A stretch of 23,887 nt of DNA from an uncultured archaeon. GTDB taxonomy: Archaea > Altiarchaeota > Altiarchaeia > IMC4 > SCGC-AAA252-I15. This document shows positions 7,915 to 15,704 of this stretch, piece by piece. Numbering within the stretch: the stretch's first letter is position 1; each line of letters opens with the position of its first letter. Under the pieces are notes generated by a model. The model ran no database searches. It saw only the letters and a list, made by a program, of their open reading frames with translations, and was not told the DNA's origin. Position numbers and translations under genes: made by a program. The stretch spans positions 1 through 23,887 of the forward strand of contig CAZPLO010000012.1 of assembly GCA_964587725.1 (NCBI GenBank), in the 5' to 3' direction.

Positions 7915-8030
7915 CCAGTTTGACTGGATGAGGGGGCGGCTGGGGGCCAATCCGTTGCCAGTCAGATCACCTCACAAAAAGCCAAACCCCCCTATTCGGG
8001 GGCCACCACCACCCAGCCACCCCCTATGAC
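7915..8030. ncRNA. Candidate structured non-coding RNA or cis-regulatory element of unknown family
   Basis: 14-bp helix 7931-7944/8012-8025; crossing helix 7921-7927/7958-7964; hairpin 7988-7992/7998-8002. Located in an intergenic region. Confidence 0.45.
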
Positions 8031-8060
8031 ATTCTTATATCCGCAGTACCAGGTGAAACC

Positions 8061-8636
8061 ATGGGCTACAGTATACCCGTCTTATACGGTTCGGTGCGGA
8101 GGAACCGTCAGGGGATAAGGGCCGCCAACTACGTGGTGAAGAAGCTGGTGGAGCGGGGACACAATGTTACGTTGATAGACCCTCTTGAACACAGGCTGCC
8201 GTTACTCGACCTCCGGTACAATGAATACGACGGCGACGCCCCCGACGTGATGGAGGAACTGCACAGGATACTTGACGACGGGGACGCCTTCGTGATAGTG
8301 GCGGGGGAATACAACCACGGCATACCGCCGGCGCTGAAGAACCTATTGGACACCTTCCAGTACGAGTACTACTTCAAGCCCGCGGGCATAGTCTCATACA
8401 GCAGCGGAGTATTCGGCGGCGTCCGCGAAGCAATACAGTTGAGGGCTACTTTAGGGGAGTTGGGGATGGTCAGCACCCCCACCATGTTCCCCGTCCCGGA
8501 GGTGAAGAAAGCCTTCGACCGCGAAGGCAACCCCCTGAAGGAGGAGTACGACGAATGGGTGGTCCAGTTTCTGGACGAACTCGAATGGTATGCTGAAGCA
8601 TTGAAGAACCAGCGGGAGAAGGGGAAGCCCTTCTAG
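8061..8636 (+). CDS. NAD(P)H-dependent FMN reductase (flavodoxin-like fold)
   Basis: GSVRRNRQG FMN phosphate-binding loop; EYNHGIPPALKNLLD; KPAGIVSYS.G.FGG; SD AGGTGA and TTATAT upstream. Confidence 0.92.
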   Translation: MGYSIPVLYGSVRRNRQGIRAANYVVKKLVERGHNVTLIDPLEHRLPLLDLRYNEYDGDAPDVMEELHRILDDGDAFVIVAGEYNHGIPPALKNLLDTFQYEYYFKPAGIVSYSSGVFGGVREAIQLRATLGELGMVSTPTMFPVPEVKKAFDREGNPLKEEYDEWVVQFLDELEWYAEALKNQREKGKPF

Positions 8637-8989
8637 CACTTGTTGTCGTTGAACGCCTTCAGCTTGTCGACGGCCTTCCGCTCCAACACCTCGAAGCGTT
8701 CGAAGTTCTCCTTCATCCGGAACAGCCCCACCATCAAAAACACGCTGACTATGAACGGCAGCGTTATCTGGTTCAACACGCCCATGAGCGTGGTGAACTC
8801 CGGAAACCACCCCAGCCCCGTCATCAATGTGGTGGTCCTCTGGACGCCGAGTATCAGCAATGCGACGGTGACGGCAAGCCACTGGCTGTGCAGTCTGTTG
8901 TACTTGTATATCACATAGCTGAAGTAGGCCGCCGCAAACTGTATCACAATCGTCGCCGCACCGATTAACACCGTAAACTCATACATCAT
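8633..8989 (-). CDS. Small membrane protein (~3 TM) with a charged C-terminal tail
   Basis: Three hydrophobic segments. The start overlaps the end of the upstream KaiC-like gene. Confidence 0.75.
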   Translation of the reverse strand: MMYEFTVLIGAATIVIQFAAAYFSYVIYKYNRLHSQWLAVTVALLILGVQRTTTLMTGLGWFPEFTTLMGVLNQITLPFIVSVFLMVGLFRMKENFERFEVLERKAVDKLKAFNDNKC

Positions 8990-9491
8990 ATTCCTTCACC
9001 TCGTCCACGAAACTCATCACTTTTTTTATCACGTCTTTTTCCATGTCCGACGACAGCGCCATGATGATGCTGCTGACGCCGGACACCACCATCCTGTTTA
9101 TGATGAAGTTGCTGAACTGCCCTATGACCTTCTCGTCGTTGTACAGCAGCAGGGTGCTGAGGGAGTCCAGGAACAGTAGTTTGTCGCCGTCGAGGTGGCG
9201 GGTGGCGTTGTCCACCGCCATCGCCAGGGCAGTGACGTCGTCGGGGCTGTCTACGTACAGGCAGTTGTGGAATTCCCCGCGGACGTCCAGAACCTGGCGG
9301 CTGATGCAGTCTATGAAGAATATGCCGTCCGTGTCGACGCCGTCTTCGGATAGCATCTCGTTCAGGTGGCTGTATGGTTTGTTGGTTGTGACGTAGATTA
9401 CGCTTTCGCCGCCGACGTCCTCCCGCAGAATCTTCACCACGTTCTCGAAGTACCGTTCAGGCCGTGAAATGTAGAGGCGCGCGTTGACCAC
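8979..9491 (-). CDS. RecA/KaiC-fold protein lacking Walker A (DUF835/DUF7504-like)
   Basis: VIYVTTNKPY, IFFIDCIS and LLFLDSLSTLLLYN motifs typical of KaiC/FlaH-like domains; no GxxGxGKT. Confidence 0.8.
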   Translation of the reverse strand: MVNARLYISRPERYFENVVKILREDVGGESVIYVTTNKPYSHLNEMLSEDGVDTDGIFFIDCISRQVLDVRGEFHNCLYVDSPDDVTALAMAVDNATRHLDGDKLLFLDSLSTLLLYNDEKVIGQFSNFIINRMVVSGVSSIIMALSSDMEKDVIKKVMSFVDEVKEYDV

Positions 9492-9522
9492 AAGAAGATA
9501 TCACGAATACGGGGTTAAATGC

Positions 9523-9750
9523 TCACTCGCATACCGTGTAGTTGCGGCACCGCTCCAACTCTTCCTGGCACTGGTTTAGCCGGTCCCGTTCGGCCTCGAA
9601 CACCTGGTTCACCTGCGACTCTGTCCAACTGAGCTTCTCCTCCGTCTCCAGAAGCTTCACGTGCTCCAGCAGATACATGCCCGCGAAGACGGCGGACAGC
9701 GCCATCAGCGCCAGAATCAACGTTATGTGTTTCGTATACAATCCAACCAC
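9523..9750 (-). CDS. Small membrane-anchored coiled-coil protein (75 aa)
   Basis: GTG start after AGGTG-like context; N-terminal TM; Glu/Gln-rich helix; 3 C-terminal Cys. Confidence 0.65.
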   Translation of the reverse strand: MVGLYTKHITLILALMALSAVFAGMYLLEHVKLLETEEKLSWTESQVNQVFEAERDRLNQCQEELERCRNYTVCE

Positions 9751-9777
9751 CTGCTAACTCTTAGGCGGAATGTTATA

Positions 9778-10605
9778 TTAACTTTGCGGCATGTTAAGCC
9801 ACCGCTCCGCCGCCTTCTCCTGCAGCCGCTGGTTGTTGTTCCAGAGCGTGCGGCCGCCGTCGGTTTCCGCGAACAGGTTGATTACCGCCCCCCGCTCCCG
9901 CAGAACCCCCATATCCTCTTTCATGTCGTCGCATGTTCCCGTGTCTTCGGTGCCGCACCACATGTAGAATTGGTCGCCGTGCAGCCACCCTTCGCCGTCC
10001 GGCACGCCGCCGGATATCATCATGTGCATCTGGAAGAGGTTTTCGTCCAGGCCGGCGATTGCGGAGACCATGCCTGCGCCGCGGCCGAAGCCGTTCAACG
10101 CCGACATCCGCTTGTCTGCTCCGTGACGCAGTTCAACGTAGTCCAACGCCGCATTCATGATCGAGTAAGCCGCTTCGTCTTCCATGTATTCGAACCCGGA
10201 CTCAGCCGGCCAGCCCCACTGCACGCTCACCAGCCCGAAACCCATTTTTTCAGCAGTCGGTCGGAGTTGGTTGAGGCGCGAGTACGCGGAGCCGCCTGCA
10301 TCATGTAATAGAACCATCACCCGCTTCTCCTCAAATGAATTCCAGTTGCCGGGCAGCCAGTATGCGAAGTACGTGCCGCCCGCATTCACTATTCTGGCGT
10401 CGGAGCCGACAGCCTCACTGTATGCGCCCGGGTCCCGCGCATGGAAGCCCAGGGAGTCGGTTTGGGATTCCATCAGGGAGGAGGCATCCACCTCAGCCAA
10501 GGCGGCGTCGGCTGAGACCACCGTCGTCTGAGTGGTTGACGTGACCACCGTCTCCTGTTCAACACACCCCGCCAGCAGCAGCACAAGCAAGAGCACACGT
10601 TTCAT
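9778..10605 (-). CDS. Lipoprotein with alpha/beta-hydrolase fold, catalytic residues substituted
   Basis: Start revised to ATG 10605 ([14 protein letters not shown] lipobox). Motifs [21 protein letters not shown] and GGRT align with esterase motifs LHGxGG, GFSxG, HGxxD and GGH. Confidence 0.8.
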   Translation of the reverse strand: MKRVLLLVLLLAGCVEQETVVTSTTQTTVVSADAALAEVDASSLMESQTDSLGFHARDPGAYSEAVGSDARIVNAGGTYFAYWLPGNWNSFEEKRVMVLLHDAGGSAYSRLNQLRPTAEKMGFGLVSVQWGWPAESGFEYMEDEAAYSIMNAALDYVELRHGADKRMSALNGFGRGAGMVSAIAGLDENLFQMHMMISGGVPDGEGWLHGDQFYMWCGTEDTGTCDDMKEDMGVLRERGAVINLFAETDGGRTLWNNNQRLQEKAAERWLNMPQS

Positions 10606-10692
10606 CGTAAGGTATTTGTAGTCGGGATAAAAAGGTTTAGTTTTCCCCTGCTCTCCCCGCACCTGTTTTTTAAAATACTCACATGGTCAACC

Positions 10693-11850
10693 ATGCTGAA
10701 GGGGAAAGGCTACCTGCTGAAGCAGCTGACCAGGCAGGCGCGGATGAAGTCCGTCGACGTGGGGCGGGAGCTGGACGGGAGCACGCCGCCGAGCGTGTTC
10801 ATCGGCAGCTGGAACTACCCCAAAGTATACGCCGGCCCCCTGATGGCGGCTGAACACGGCGACACATACTACATGGACGCCCCGGAGGAGTGGGTGGGCA
10901 GCCGGACGCAGGACGACATCATCGACTTCAGACTCAACCTGGTCCGCGGCAAACACGAGGTGAAGGTCACCGACTTAGACGACAAAATGGTGGAGCGTCT
11001 GCAGGAGATAAGTTTGTCGAAGACGTCGGTGGACGGGGAGGCGGTGTTCAAAAGCGAACCCAGGGGGAGGAGCTTCAACGAACGCAGCAGCCCCCACGGA
11101 CCCAGCGCCGTCGTCGACCACCTGATGCTGGGATACTGCAGGTGGGACCGCAGCCTCGAAAAAACATACTATGACACGGATTTGAAGGCGGCGGACGCCG
11201 TAACCGAACTGCACCGGAAAGGCGTTCCCTTCACCAGGATACAGAAGGCGTTCTCCACAGGCACCATGGGCTGCAAAAGAAGGCGGAGGATGGTGCCGAC
11301 ACGCTGGAGCATCACCGCATGCGACAGCACCATAGGAGACCGCCTGCTCGATGACGTCAGACACAATGAAATCCTAGACTGCTTCCAGGTCCGCGAATAC
11401 GTTTCACTCAACAACTATTATGCAGTGTTGCTGTTGCCGACGGCGTGGCAGTACGAGTGGACTGAAGCGTTTTTGCACGGGCGGCGGCCGCACGTGTTCA
11501 GCGACCATGAAACCAATGCCGGGAAGAGGGGTTATTCGAGGGTTGGCGGGTGCTACTACAGCTGCAAACTCGGCGTGTTGGAGGCGCTGGAGCGGGAGAA
11601 AACGCAGGCCGGCGCCATCATACTGAGGGAGGCGTACCCCGGCTACGTGCCGTTGGGGGTTTTCAACGTCCGCGAGAACGTCCGCTCCGCTATGAACCAG
11701 CAGCCCAGCGAATACAACACCCTCGATGAGGCATTGGACCACGTCTCCCAGCGGCTTAAACTGCCGCTGAACTCCTTTGAACGCGAAGGCGAATTGCTGC
11801 GGGACGTCATCCGCGGACGTCAGACGACACTGAACCAGTATGCGTGCTAG
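10693..11850 (+). CDS. nreA: Nre-family archaeal DNA repair protein with C-terminal PIP box
   Basis: [32 protein letters not shown] and [12 protein letters not shown] signature motifs; C-terminal QTTLNQY PIP motif; TTTTTAAA TATA upstream. Confidence 0.92.
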   Translation: MLKGKGYLLKQLTRQARMKSVDVGRELDGSTPPSVFIGSWNYPKVYAGPLMAAEHGDTYYMDAPEEWVGSRTQDDIIDFRLNLVRGKHEVKVTDLDDKMVERLQEISLSKTSVDGEAVFKSEPRGRSFNERSSPHGPSAVVDHLMLGYCRWDRSLEKTYYDTDLKAADAVTELHRKGVPFTRIQKAFSTGTMGCKRRRRMVPTRWSITACDSTIGDRLLDDVRHNEILDCFQVREYVSLNNYYAVLLLPTAWQYEWTEAFLHGRRPHVFSDHETNAGKRGYSRVGGCYYSCKLGVLEALEREKTQAGAIILREAYPGYVPLGVFNVRENVRSAMNQQPSEYNTLDEALDHVSQRLKLPLNSFEREGELLRDVIRGRQTTLNQYAC

Positions 11851-11879
11851 TTTTAAGCAGGGAGTTGCTGTCTATTGTT

Positions 11880-12407
11880 ATGGATGCGTTGGCGTGGGCC
11901 GACCTCGAGTTCACCGGATTGAATCCTGGCGCGGACGTGATACTGGAGATAGCGTCGGTTGTCACAGACTCAGAACTTAACGTGTTGGCCGAAGGCCCGG
12001 TGTTGGCGATACACCAGCCAGATGATGTGTTGGATGCGATGGACGAGTGGAACACCAGAACCCACGGGGAGTCGGGGCTGGTGGAGCGTGTCAGAGCCTC
12101 CAGTGAAACGGTTGAGTCGGCGGAGGCTAAGACGCTGGAGTTCCTTAAACGGTACTGTAAACGCAGGACCGCGCCGTTGTGCGGGAACAGCGTCCACGTC
12201 GACCGTCTTTACATCAGAAAATACATGCCTGGGCTGCACGACTTCCTGCATTACAGGAACGTGGACGTCAGCACCGTCAAGGAGCTGGTGCGGCGGTGGT
12301 ATCCGGAGCTGGAGCCGTACGAGAAAGAGGGCAGCCACCGCGCTTTGGAAGACATCATGGAGTCCATAGGCGAACTCCGATTCTACCGCGATAAAGTGTT
12401 CAGATGA
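11880..12407 (+). CDS. orn: Oligoribonuclease (DEDDh 3'-5' exoribonuclease)
   Basis: WADLEFTGL, MDEWNTRTHGESGLVERV, PLCGNSV..DR, HYRNVDVST.KEL.RRWYP and HRALEDI.ESI.EL.FYR. Start revised to ATG 11880, with TTTTAA about 27 nt upstream. Confidence 0.95.
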   Translation: MDALAWADLEFTGLNPGADVILEIASVVTDSELNVLAEGPVLAIHQPDDVLDAMDEWNTRTHGESGLVERVRASSETVESAEAKTLEFLKRYCKRRTAPLCGNSVHVDRLYIRKYMPGLHDFLHYRNVDVSTVKELVRRWYPELEPYEKEGSHRALEDIMESIGELRFYRDKVFR

Positions 12408-13086
12408 ACATGGGCGTCTCGTCCATGTAGTTTCGGTAGCCAGGGTATTGTTCAAGCATGTATTGTTCCTCGCCACGGGCCAGCCGATAGTATGTTACCG
12501 CCAGTACGGGCCACATCAGCAGCGTCAGCAGCGTCGGCCAGTGGATCAGCCAACCCAGTGTCACCAGCATGAACCCCACGTACTGGGGGTGGCGGCTGTA
12601 ACGGTATAATCCGGTTGTTACGGGGCCGGCGCCCCGGTATACTTGAAGCCATCCTGCGGCAATCAGCAGCAGGCCCAGGACGGTGACGGCACCCCCAATC
12701 AGCATCATCATCGACAGGGTGAACACCACCCCCATGAACCCCACGTTCACTGTGACGCCGGGGTTGTAGTCCACCTGCGGCGCCCCCAGATAGTTGGCTA
12801 TGAAGTATGCTGTCAACGGGAAGCCGTACATTTCAGCGAACAACGCAACGATGAATGCCGCGTACACGTTCCTGCTCCGCCAGTCAACCCGTGTCCTGTA
12901 TTTCGTCAGCAGCAGGAAGCCTGTGAAGAACGCTACGTTGACCGCCACGATGTCCCAGCGGCCGACGAGTATGTGCGGCAGGCCCCTGCCGCCCATCAGC
13001 CACAGCGCATGGTTTATGAAAGACGGCATCAGCAGTAACGCGGACACCGCCAGCACACTAAACAGTATCTTCCTGTAAGCCTTCAT
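12400..13086 (-). CDS. Isoprenylcysteine carboxyl methyltransferase (ICMT/PEMT) family membrane protein
   Basis: AFIVALFAEMYGFPLT and TTGLYRYSRHPQYVG...WPT...EE motifs. True start is MKAYRK at 13086, with an ATGA overlap with the msrB stop. Confidence 0.88.
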   Translation of the reverse strand: MKAYRKILFSVLAVSALLLMPSFINHALWLMGGRGLPHILVGRWDIVAVNVAFFTGFLLLTKYRTRVDWRSRNVYAAFIVALFAEMYGFPLTAYFIANYLGAPQVDYNPGVTVNVGFMGVVFTLSMMMLIGGAVTVLGLLLIAAGWLQVYRGAGPVTTGLYRYSRHPQYVGFMLVTLGWLIHWPTLLTLLMWPVLAVTYYRLARGEEQYMLEQYPGYRNYMDETPMFI

Positions 13087-13466
13087 TCTTCCTGGAAATC
13101 TAGTGCGAGGGAGTTTATGCAGTATCTCTTGCCGGTCGGCTTGGGTCCGTCGTCGAATACGTGGCCGAGGTGGCTGCCGCATACGGGACACACGACTTCG
13201 GTGCGCTTCATCATGAAGCTGTCGTCCGGCCGCGTCTCCACCGCATCGTCTTCCACGGGCCGGGTGAAGCTCGGCCACCCCGTCCCCGAATCGTATTTGT
13301 CGCCGCTGCTGAACAGCACACGCCCGCATGCGCCGCACCTGTAAACGCCTTCGCGTTTGTTGTCGTAGTATTCGCCTGTGAACGCGGATTCCGTGCCCTT
13401 CTCCCGCAGGACATGGTATTTTTCGGGAGGCAACTTCTTCCCCCACTCCTCCCCGGATTTGTCCAT
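13083..13466 (-). CDS. msrB: Peptide methionine-(R)-sulfoxide reductase
   Basis: VLREKGTE.AF.G, CGAC and CPVC Zn ligands, SGTGWPSF, HLGHVFDDGP, RYCINS. Start is ATG 13466 or GTG 13475. Confidence 0.96.
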   Translation of the reverse strand: MDKSGEEWGKKLPPEKYHVLREKGTESAFTGEYYDNKREGVYRCGACGRVLFSSGDKYDSGTGWPSFTRPVEDDAVETRPDDSFMMKRTEVVCPVCGSHLGHVFDDGPKPTGKRYCINSLALDFQEE

Positions 13467-13491
13467 TGCAGACACTATAACAACACAGGGT

Positions 13492-13752
13492 TTATAAGCA
13501 CGCGTATCCGCTGCCCGCCCACCCGCAGCCGTTCGTACACTCTCGCTCCTCCAGGACGGTGTCGCTGCAGACGCACGCGCCTCCTACGCAGTCGTGGCCG
13601 GCTTCGATGAGGCAGAGGCTGTCTCCGCAGCACCCCCACTGCCTGCCGGAGCCGCACTCCCGGTCGAACACGCATTCCCGGCCACTTCACCACACCAGAA
13701 ACGCCGCCGCAGCCAGTAAAACCAGCAAAAAAACAATAATCCGCAGGTCCAC
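13492..13752 (-). pseudogene. Small exported Cys-rich protein gene with an in-frame TGA at codon 22 (pseudogene or recoded)
   Basis: Manual translation from GTG 13752: MDLRIIVFLLVLLAAAAFLVW*SGRECVFDRECGSGRQWGCCGDSLCLIEAGHDCVGGACVCSDTVLEERECTNGCGWAGSGYACL-stop. TATA-like TATATAAG lies about 25-30 nt upstream. Confidence 0.75.
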
Positions 13753-13944
13753 GGTACTTTAGAGGCAATGGCGGCTTATATACACTCTTAACCGAGACGG
13801 TGGAATTCTGCGTTTAAGGCGTATAAAATGCCTGTTTCATGCCAGCCAGCAGCTTATATAACCGTATTCTGTAATCAGTATTAGACTGTGGAATAAGTGT
13901 CTTATATGCGCTTTTTTCTGCTGTATGAGAGGTTTTATAGGAAA

Positions 13945-14364
13945 ATGAGTGTTAAGAAGGGAGACACCGTCAAGGTAGAGTATGAGGGTACATTCGATGA
14001 TGGCAGCGTGTTCGACACCACCAGCGGGAGGGAGCCGCTGGCGTTCCAGGTCGGAGCCGGACAGGTCATACCCGGGTTCGAAAAAGCTGTTATAGGTATG
14101 GCTGAAGGCGAGGAGAAGGATGTCCGATTAGAGTCGTCCGACGCATACGGAGACCACAACCCGGAGCTGATACAGGAGATGCCCCGCGGGAGTCTGCCCG
14201 ACGAGGTGCAGGAAGGCACGATACTGGCAGCCACCCTCGAAGACGGGATGCAGATGCCGGTGAAGGTCGTTGACGTGTCAGACGAGAGGGTGAAGGTTGA
14301 CCTGAACCACCCCCTGGCTGGTAAGGCGTTGAACTTCAAGGTCAAGGTCGCTGAAGTAGGTTGA
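13945..14364 (+). CDS. FKBP-type peptidyl-prolyl cis-trans isomerase (short SlyD-like, with insert-in-flap domain)
   Basis: GDTVKVEYEG.FDDGSVFDT, GAGQVIPGFE, AYG and VDLNHPLAGKALNF. No His-rich tail. Confidence 0.95.
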   Translation: MSVKKGDTVKVEYEGTFDDGSVFDTTSGREPLAFQVGAGQVIPGFEKAVIGMAEGEEKDVRLESSDAYGDHNPELIQEMPRGSLPDEVQEGTILAATLEDGMQMPVKVVDVSDERVKVDLNHPLAGKALNFKVKVAEVG

Positions 14365-14368
14365 TTTT

Positions 14369-15667
14369 ATGGAAGACTTCAGTTCATTGAACATAAGGCC
14401 GGCGATACTGCAGAACATCATGTTTCTGGGGTTCGACGAGATGACCCCCATACAGGACATGGTCATACCCATAGCCTTGAAGGGCAGGGACGTCATCGGC
14501 CAGGCGAAGACCGGCACGGGGAAGACGTTCGCGTTCGTGATACCGATTCTGCAGAACGTCGACTTGAGGAAGAAGTCCGTTCAGGCGGTTGTGTTGACGC
14601 CGACGAGGGAGCTGGCGTTCCAGGTGGGCACCGAGTTCGAGAAGCTCGCCGGCACCGCCGTGAAGGTGGCGTTGGTATACGGCGGCGCGGGCATCAACCC
14701 CCAGATTGAGGCGTTGAAGAAGGGCGCGCAGGTGGTGGTGGGAACACCCGGCAGGGTCATCGACCACCTGAAGCGCGGGACCATGGACTTGGGCAACGTG
14801 GGGTTCTTCGTGTTGGACGAGGCGGACAGGATGCTGGACATGGGCTTCATCGAGGATGTGGAGTGGATTATAGACAAGACCCCGAAGAAGCGGCAGACCA
14901 TGCTGTTTTCTGCGACCATGCCGGAGGAAATCCAGAAGCTGGGTGAAAAACACATGCGGAAGCCGGAGTTCATTCAGGCGAGCAGCGACGAAGACCTGAC
15001 CATCGGCGACGTGGACCAGTACTATGTGAAGGTGTTTCAGAAGGACAAGATGGACTCCTTCTTCAAGGTGATTGAGGAGGAGGACCCCAATAAGGGCCTG
15101 GTGTTCTGCAAGACCAAGAAGTGGGTTGAAACACTCTACGGCATAATGAGGAAGAAGGGGTTTTCAGTCGACAGGATACACGGAGACCTCAGCCAGGCCG
15201 CGAGGGAGAAGGCCATAGACAAGCTCCGCAGCGGTAAGGTGAAGTTCCTCGTCTGCACGGACGTCGCCGCACGGGGCCTCGACATAGACGACATAACCCA
15301 CGTGTTCAACTACGACATACCCCAGGAGCCGCTCACCTACGTCCACCGCATAGGCCGGACCGGCAGGGCTGGGAAGAAGGGCGTCGCCATCACCTTCCTA
15401 AACCCCGACGAGACCAGGGATTTGTGGATGATGGAGCACCGCGCCCGCACCACCATAGAGGAGCGGCCGGTGGACCTCACAGGCGGTACTGGCCTGATAA
15501 TCCACGAGCCCCCTGAGAAGAAGAGGAGGACCGGACGTGACAGCAGGGGGGGACGCTACGGAGGCAGAAAACCCGGGGGAGGCGTATCCCGCAGCAGGTC
15601 TAAGAAGGGCAGGTCAGGCGGCGGGAGGCGGAAGCCCGGAGGCAGACGCGAGAGTAGAAAACGATAG
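14369..15667 (+). CDS. DEAD-box ATP-dependent RNA helicase
   Basis: Q motif, AKTGTGKT, PTRELA, TPGR, DEAD, SAT, ARGLD and HRIGRTGR; basic Arg/Gly-rich tail. Confidence 0.97.
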   Translation: MEDFSSLNIRPAILQNIMFLGFDEMTPIQDMVIPIALKGRDVIGQAKTGTGKTFAFVIPILQNVDLRKKSVQAVVLTPTRELAFQVGTEFEKLAGTAVKVALVYGGAGINPQIEALKKGAQVVVGTPGRVIDHLKRGTMDLGNVGFFVLDEADRMLDMGFIEDVEWIIDKTPKKRQTMLFSATMPEEIQKLGEKHMRKPEFIQASSDEDLTIGDVDQYYVKVFQKDKMDSFFKVIEEEDPNKGLVFCKTKKWVETLYGIMRKKGFSVDRIHGDLSQAAREKAIDKLRSGKVKFLVCTDVAARGLDIDDITHVFNYDIPQEPLTYVHRIGRTGRAGKKGVAITFLNPDETRDLWMMEHRARTTIEERPVDLTGGTGLIIHEPPEKKRRTGRDSRGGRYGGRKPGGGVSRSRSKKGRSGGGRRKPGGRRESRKR

Positions 15668-15704
15668 TTTTATAAAAAGAACGCTTAATATTGGTGTATC
15701 AACG

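Noticed and set aside
7870-7935. FMN riboswitch upstream of the FMN reductase (fragments GTGAAA..CCC, ACCGGCGG and CTGGATG resemble RFN motifs)
   Set aside because: The fragments span only about 60 nt, much shorter than the aptamer. AGGGC and the P2-P6 stems cannot be formed. An Infernal search with the Rfam FMN model would settle it.
7965-7973. 16S rRNA 3' end (GATCACCTC)
   Set aside because: Only 9 nt match and the flanking sequence has no rRNA helix 44/45 similarity.
7928-8031. H/ACA or C/D box guide RNA (stem followed by ACA; GGATGA near the 5' end)
   Set aside because: No clear K-turn, bipartite pseudouridylation pocket or terminal CUGA D box could be identified.
12400-13446. 348-aa ORF as listed in the track
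   Set aside because: The N-terminal ~119 aa are an alternative frame of msrB. The real methyltransferase starts at 13086.
13083-13466. Selenocysteine MsrB
   Set aside because: The catalytic residue in RYCINS is a TGC Cys codon.
13475-13768. 97-aa Arg-rich ORF in the track
   Set aside because: It is a shadow frame of the TGA-interrupted Cys-rich gene at 13492-13752, which has a proper signal peptide and promoter spacing.
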